DNA from: Squalus acanthias | Taxonomy: Eukaryota | Assembly: GCA_030390025.1 (NCBI GenBank) | Contig: CM059432.1 | Coordinates: 115,570,001-115,634,000 of the forward strand | Reading direction: 5' to 3' | Length of the DNA: 64,000 nucleotides | Shown here: positions 60,614 through 64,000 of the stretch, piece by piece | Layout of the letters: every line of letters starts with the position of its first letter | How positions within the stretch are numbered: the stretch's first letter is position 1 | Notes under the pieces: generated by a model | Database searches by the model: none | Seen by the model: the letters and a program-made list of their open reading frames with translations, nothing else | Told to the model about the DNA's origin: nothing | Made by a program: the position numbers and the translations under genes

Positions 60614-63362
60614 ATTTCCATTTCATCCTTTGCCTCATCCGGCGCTTTAACAAAAAACTTTTTTTTTCTTCCTTCCAGATGTCAAGGATTGCAAGCTTCA
60701 ACAACTCTTGGACACCAACACCCCTCTGGAACCACCTTCCCCTTCACTTTCCTCTGACCCCATCCCTTCTTCCAATCTCACCCCCTGCCGTGTTTTCACC
60801 ATCCCCTCTGACCTTCCCCTCTCTGACCCCGAACGATCAGTCCTTGGCAAAGGCCTGAGCTTCATCCCCTTACGCCCCCATCTCAATGAATTTCGAGCTC
60901 GGCACGATGCTGAGCCCTTTTTCTGCCGCCTTCGTCTCCGTGCCCACTTCTTTGGCCAGGAGTCTTCCCCCCGCACAGCTGACCCTTTCTCCCGTTTTCA
61001 GAATTCTCGTTCTACCTGGACCCCTCCCTCTGGCCTCTTAACCTCTCTAGATCTTTTCATTGCAAACTGCCGGCGTGACATCGGCCATCTCAATTTCTCT
61101 GCTCCCCTCACTCACTCCAACCTACCTCCCTCTGAACTTGCAGCACTCCATTCTCTCAGATCCAACCCCAACATTGTCATTAAACCTGCTGACAAGGGTG
61201 GTGCTGTTGTTGTTTGGTGAACCGACCTCTACCTAGCAGAGGCTGAACGGCAACTCTCCGACACCTCCTACCTCCGCCTGGACCATGACCCCACTACCGA
61301 ACATCAAGCCACCGTTTCCAAGACCGTCACTGACCTCATCTCCTCTGGAGATCTTCCCTCCACAGCCGCCAACCTCATAATTCCCCAACCCCGCACAGCC
61401 TGCATCTACCTTCTTCCCAAGATCCACAAACAGGACTGCCCTGGTAGACCCATCGTTTCAGCCTGTTCTTGCCCCACGGAACTTATCTCTTCCTATCGCG
61501 ACTATTTGTTCTCCCCTTGTCCAGTCTCTTCCCACCTACATCCGCGACTCTTCCGACGCCCTCCGCCACTTTAACAGTTTCCAGTTTCCTGGCCCCAACA
61601 GTCTCCTTTTCACTATGGACATCCAATCCCTCTACACCTCCATCCCCCACCAGGATGGCCTGAGGGCGCTCCGCTTCTTCTTTGAACAGAGGCCCAACCA
61701 GTCCCCATCCACCACCCTCCACCTGGCTGAACTTGTTCTCACATTGAACAACTTCTCTTTTGACTCCACTCACTTCCTCCAAATTAAAGGTGTTGCTATG
61801 GGAACCTGCATGGGTCCCAGCTATGCTTGCCTTCGCGTGGGATATATGGAACATTCTTTGTTCCAGTCCTACTCAGGTCCCCTCCCTCACCTCTTTTTCT
61901 GGTACATTGATGACTATATCGGTGCTGTTTCCTGCTCTCGCTCTGAACTAGAAAATTTCATTCACTTTGCTTCCAATTTCAACCCTTCCTTCACCTTCAC
62001 ATGGTCCATCTCCGACTCTTCCCTTCCCTTCCTCGACTTCTCTGTCTCCATCTCTGGGGATAGGCTATTGACAAACATCCACTATAAGCCCACTGACTCC
62101 CACAACTACCTGGACTACACTTCCTCCCACCCCGCTTCCTGTAAGGACTCTATTCCATTCTCCCAGTTTCTCCGTCTCCGCTGCATCTGCTCTGACGATG
62201 CCACCTTCCATACCAGTGCTTCCGACATGTCTTCCTTTTTCCTCAACTGAGGATTCCCCTCTACTGTGGTTGACACGGCCCTTAACCGTGTTCGTTCTAT
62301 TTCCCGCACTTCTGCTCTCACCCCTTCCCCTCCCTCCCGGAACCACGATAGGGTTCCCTTTGTCCTCACCTTTCACCCCACCAGCCTCCACATTCAACGG
62401 ATCATCCTCCGCCATTTCCGCCACCTCCAGCGTGATCCCACCACCAAACACATCTTCCCCTCACCTCCCCTTTCAGCATTCCGAAGGGACTGCTCCCTCC
62501 GCGACACCCTGGTCCACTCTTCTATCACCCCCAACACCTTCCCGTGCAAGTGCAGGAGATGCAACACGTGCCCTTTTACCTCCTCCCTTCCCACTGTCCA
62601 GGGCCCCAAACACTCCTTCCAGGTGAAACAGCGATTTACTTGTACTTCTTGCAATTTAGTATACTGTATTTGCTGATCACGATGCGGTCTCCTCTACATT
62701 GGGGAGACCAAATGCAGATTGGGTGACCACTTTGCGGAACACCTCCGTTCAGTCCATAAGGGTGACCCTGAGCTTCCGGTTGCCTGTCACTTTAATTCTC
62801 CCACTCAGACTTCACCGTCCTCGGCCTCTTACACTGTTCCAATGAAGCTCAACGTAAGCTCGAGGAACAGCACCTCATCTTTCGATTAGGCACTTTACAG
62901 CCTTCTGGACTCAACATAGAGTTCAACAATTTCAGACCATAACCTCTGCCCCTATTTTTTTTTTCCATTTATTTTATTTATTATATTTTTTTTTCTCTCT
63001 CCCACATGGCAGCTGTCTTTCATTCTGCCATTTACACTTCATCTAGAGCCATCTTTTGTTTCTTAACTTGTCCCATTACCATCTCCTTTTGCCTTGCACC
63101 ATCTCTTAATGTCTCTTAATCTCTCCTGCCTTCCATCCTATCTCAGACCTTCCCTTTTGTTCTTTCCTCCCCTTTCCCTGCCCCTGCACTTGCTTAAAAA
63201 CCTGTTCCATCTCCAGCTTTTTCCAGTTCTGACGAAGGGTCATCGACCTGAAACGTTAACTCTGTTTCTCTCTCCACAGATGCTGCCTGATCTGCTGAGT
63301 ATTTCCAGCATTTTCTGTTTTTATTTCAGATTTCCAGCATCTGCAGTATTTTGCTTTTGTAT
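60614..63362 (+). mobile_element. Penelope-like retroelement (RT plus GIY-YIG endonuclease), 5'-truncated and decayed
   Basis: Motifs IKPADKGGAVVV, DIQSLYTSIP, GVAMGTCMGPSYA, WYIDD, FLDFSV, YKPTDSHNYL, NLVYCIC...LYIGETKCRLGDHFAEH. Flanked by AGGCGTAAACAGCT (60600-60613) and AGGTGTAAACAGCT (63363-63376). Confidence 0.93.
63225..63261 (+). ncRNA. Putative minimal type I hammerhead ribozyme in the Penelope terminal repeat
   Basis: AGTT-CTGACGA-A-GGGTCatcGACCT-GAAACGTT-AACT: core CUGANGA/GAAA, stem I AGUU/AACU, stem II GGUC/GACC, palindromic ACGU in place of stem III. Confidence 0.7.
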
Positions 63363-64000
63363 AGGTGTAAACAGCTGATTGAAACTACTTGATGAAATTT
63401 GACTTTGGCTGAAATTAGCACAGCCTTTTAAATGGGTAAGTACAGGGTAAGTACTTACCCATTGTAGCGCGCCGTTGTAATTAACTCCTATGGTAAATGG
63501 TATTAACTGCATTTACCTGATATAGTTGGCTGCCCGTGCTAAGCGTGAACAGTTTAAGGGCTGGGGACTGTAAATGCAAGGTCTTTCTCTGTTGGGATTG
63601 TAGTTTGGATTGCCTGACTAACATTCAACTGCAAAGATGTAAAGGTAAGTACCTGGCTGTTAAATCAGGTTTTCTCATGTTCTTGTATTGTAATTGAGCT
63701 TCGTCTGCTTGGAGTGCGTAATAGCAACTCGGGCACAGAGGTCAGGAGCCACAAGATTTTCTGACCTCTTGACATCTGCACGGGAATTTCTGATATCCAC
63801 TCCTGATGCACTAAACTCAAATTTGTAACATCCATTCTGTTGGAGGGTCTGAAGAAAACTTAAAAACCTGAAACACTACCTATTGCCCGAATGAAGGAAT
63901 CCTCTGAGTACTTTGAATATGTAGTATTAACTGAAAGAATGTAAACATATTACAGCTCAATCACAGGCCTGTCTGAGTTTTCATCATAATTGTAAAATGT

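Larger units (their letters stand above)
60323..63570. mobile_element. Putative TA-flanked MITE split by the Penelope insertion
   Basis: TA-CAGTCCCCA ... TGGGGACTG-TA (9-bp TIR). Internal repeats AACAGCTGATTGAAACTACTTGA lie on both sides of the Penelope. Confidence 0.5.

Noticed and set aside
63905..63940. Possible start of SLC25A32 exon 6 (EYFEYVVL-like)
   Set aside because: No polypyrimidine/AG acceptor and no continuation into the expected YPYQVVRARLQ motif.

Overview
Vertebrate genomic DNA. The repeat content (HE1-like V-SINE, DeuSINE, abundant CR1/L2, Penelope and Harbinger elements) suggests a cartilaginous fish such as a shark (inference). The window holds the head-to-head pair DCAF13 (minus strand, coding exons 1-5, continuing off the left edge) and SLC25A32 (plus strand, coding exons 1-5, continuing off the right edge). 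Their start codons are about 480 bp apart across a CpG-rich bidirectional promoter. Nearly all other ORFs in the track are transposon remnants. The most notable items are: (1) a 34/35-bp minisatellite with 23 CACGTG E-boxes in SLC25A32 intron 1; (2) several PIF/Harbinger families (one near-complete two-gene element, deletion derivatives and MITEs) whose spliced Myb/SANT genes all lie antisense to the host gene; (3) a Penelope-like element with a 14-bp TSD and a minimal hammerhead-ribozyme motif, plus related solo and inverted terminal-repeat fragments, one of which brackets cargo DNA; (4) an ORF1-less LINE whose 5' end is a tRNA-like Pol III head. All calls come from reading the sequence; no searches were run.
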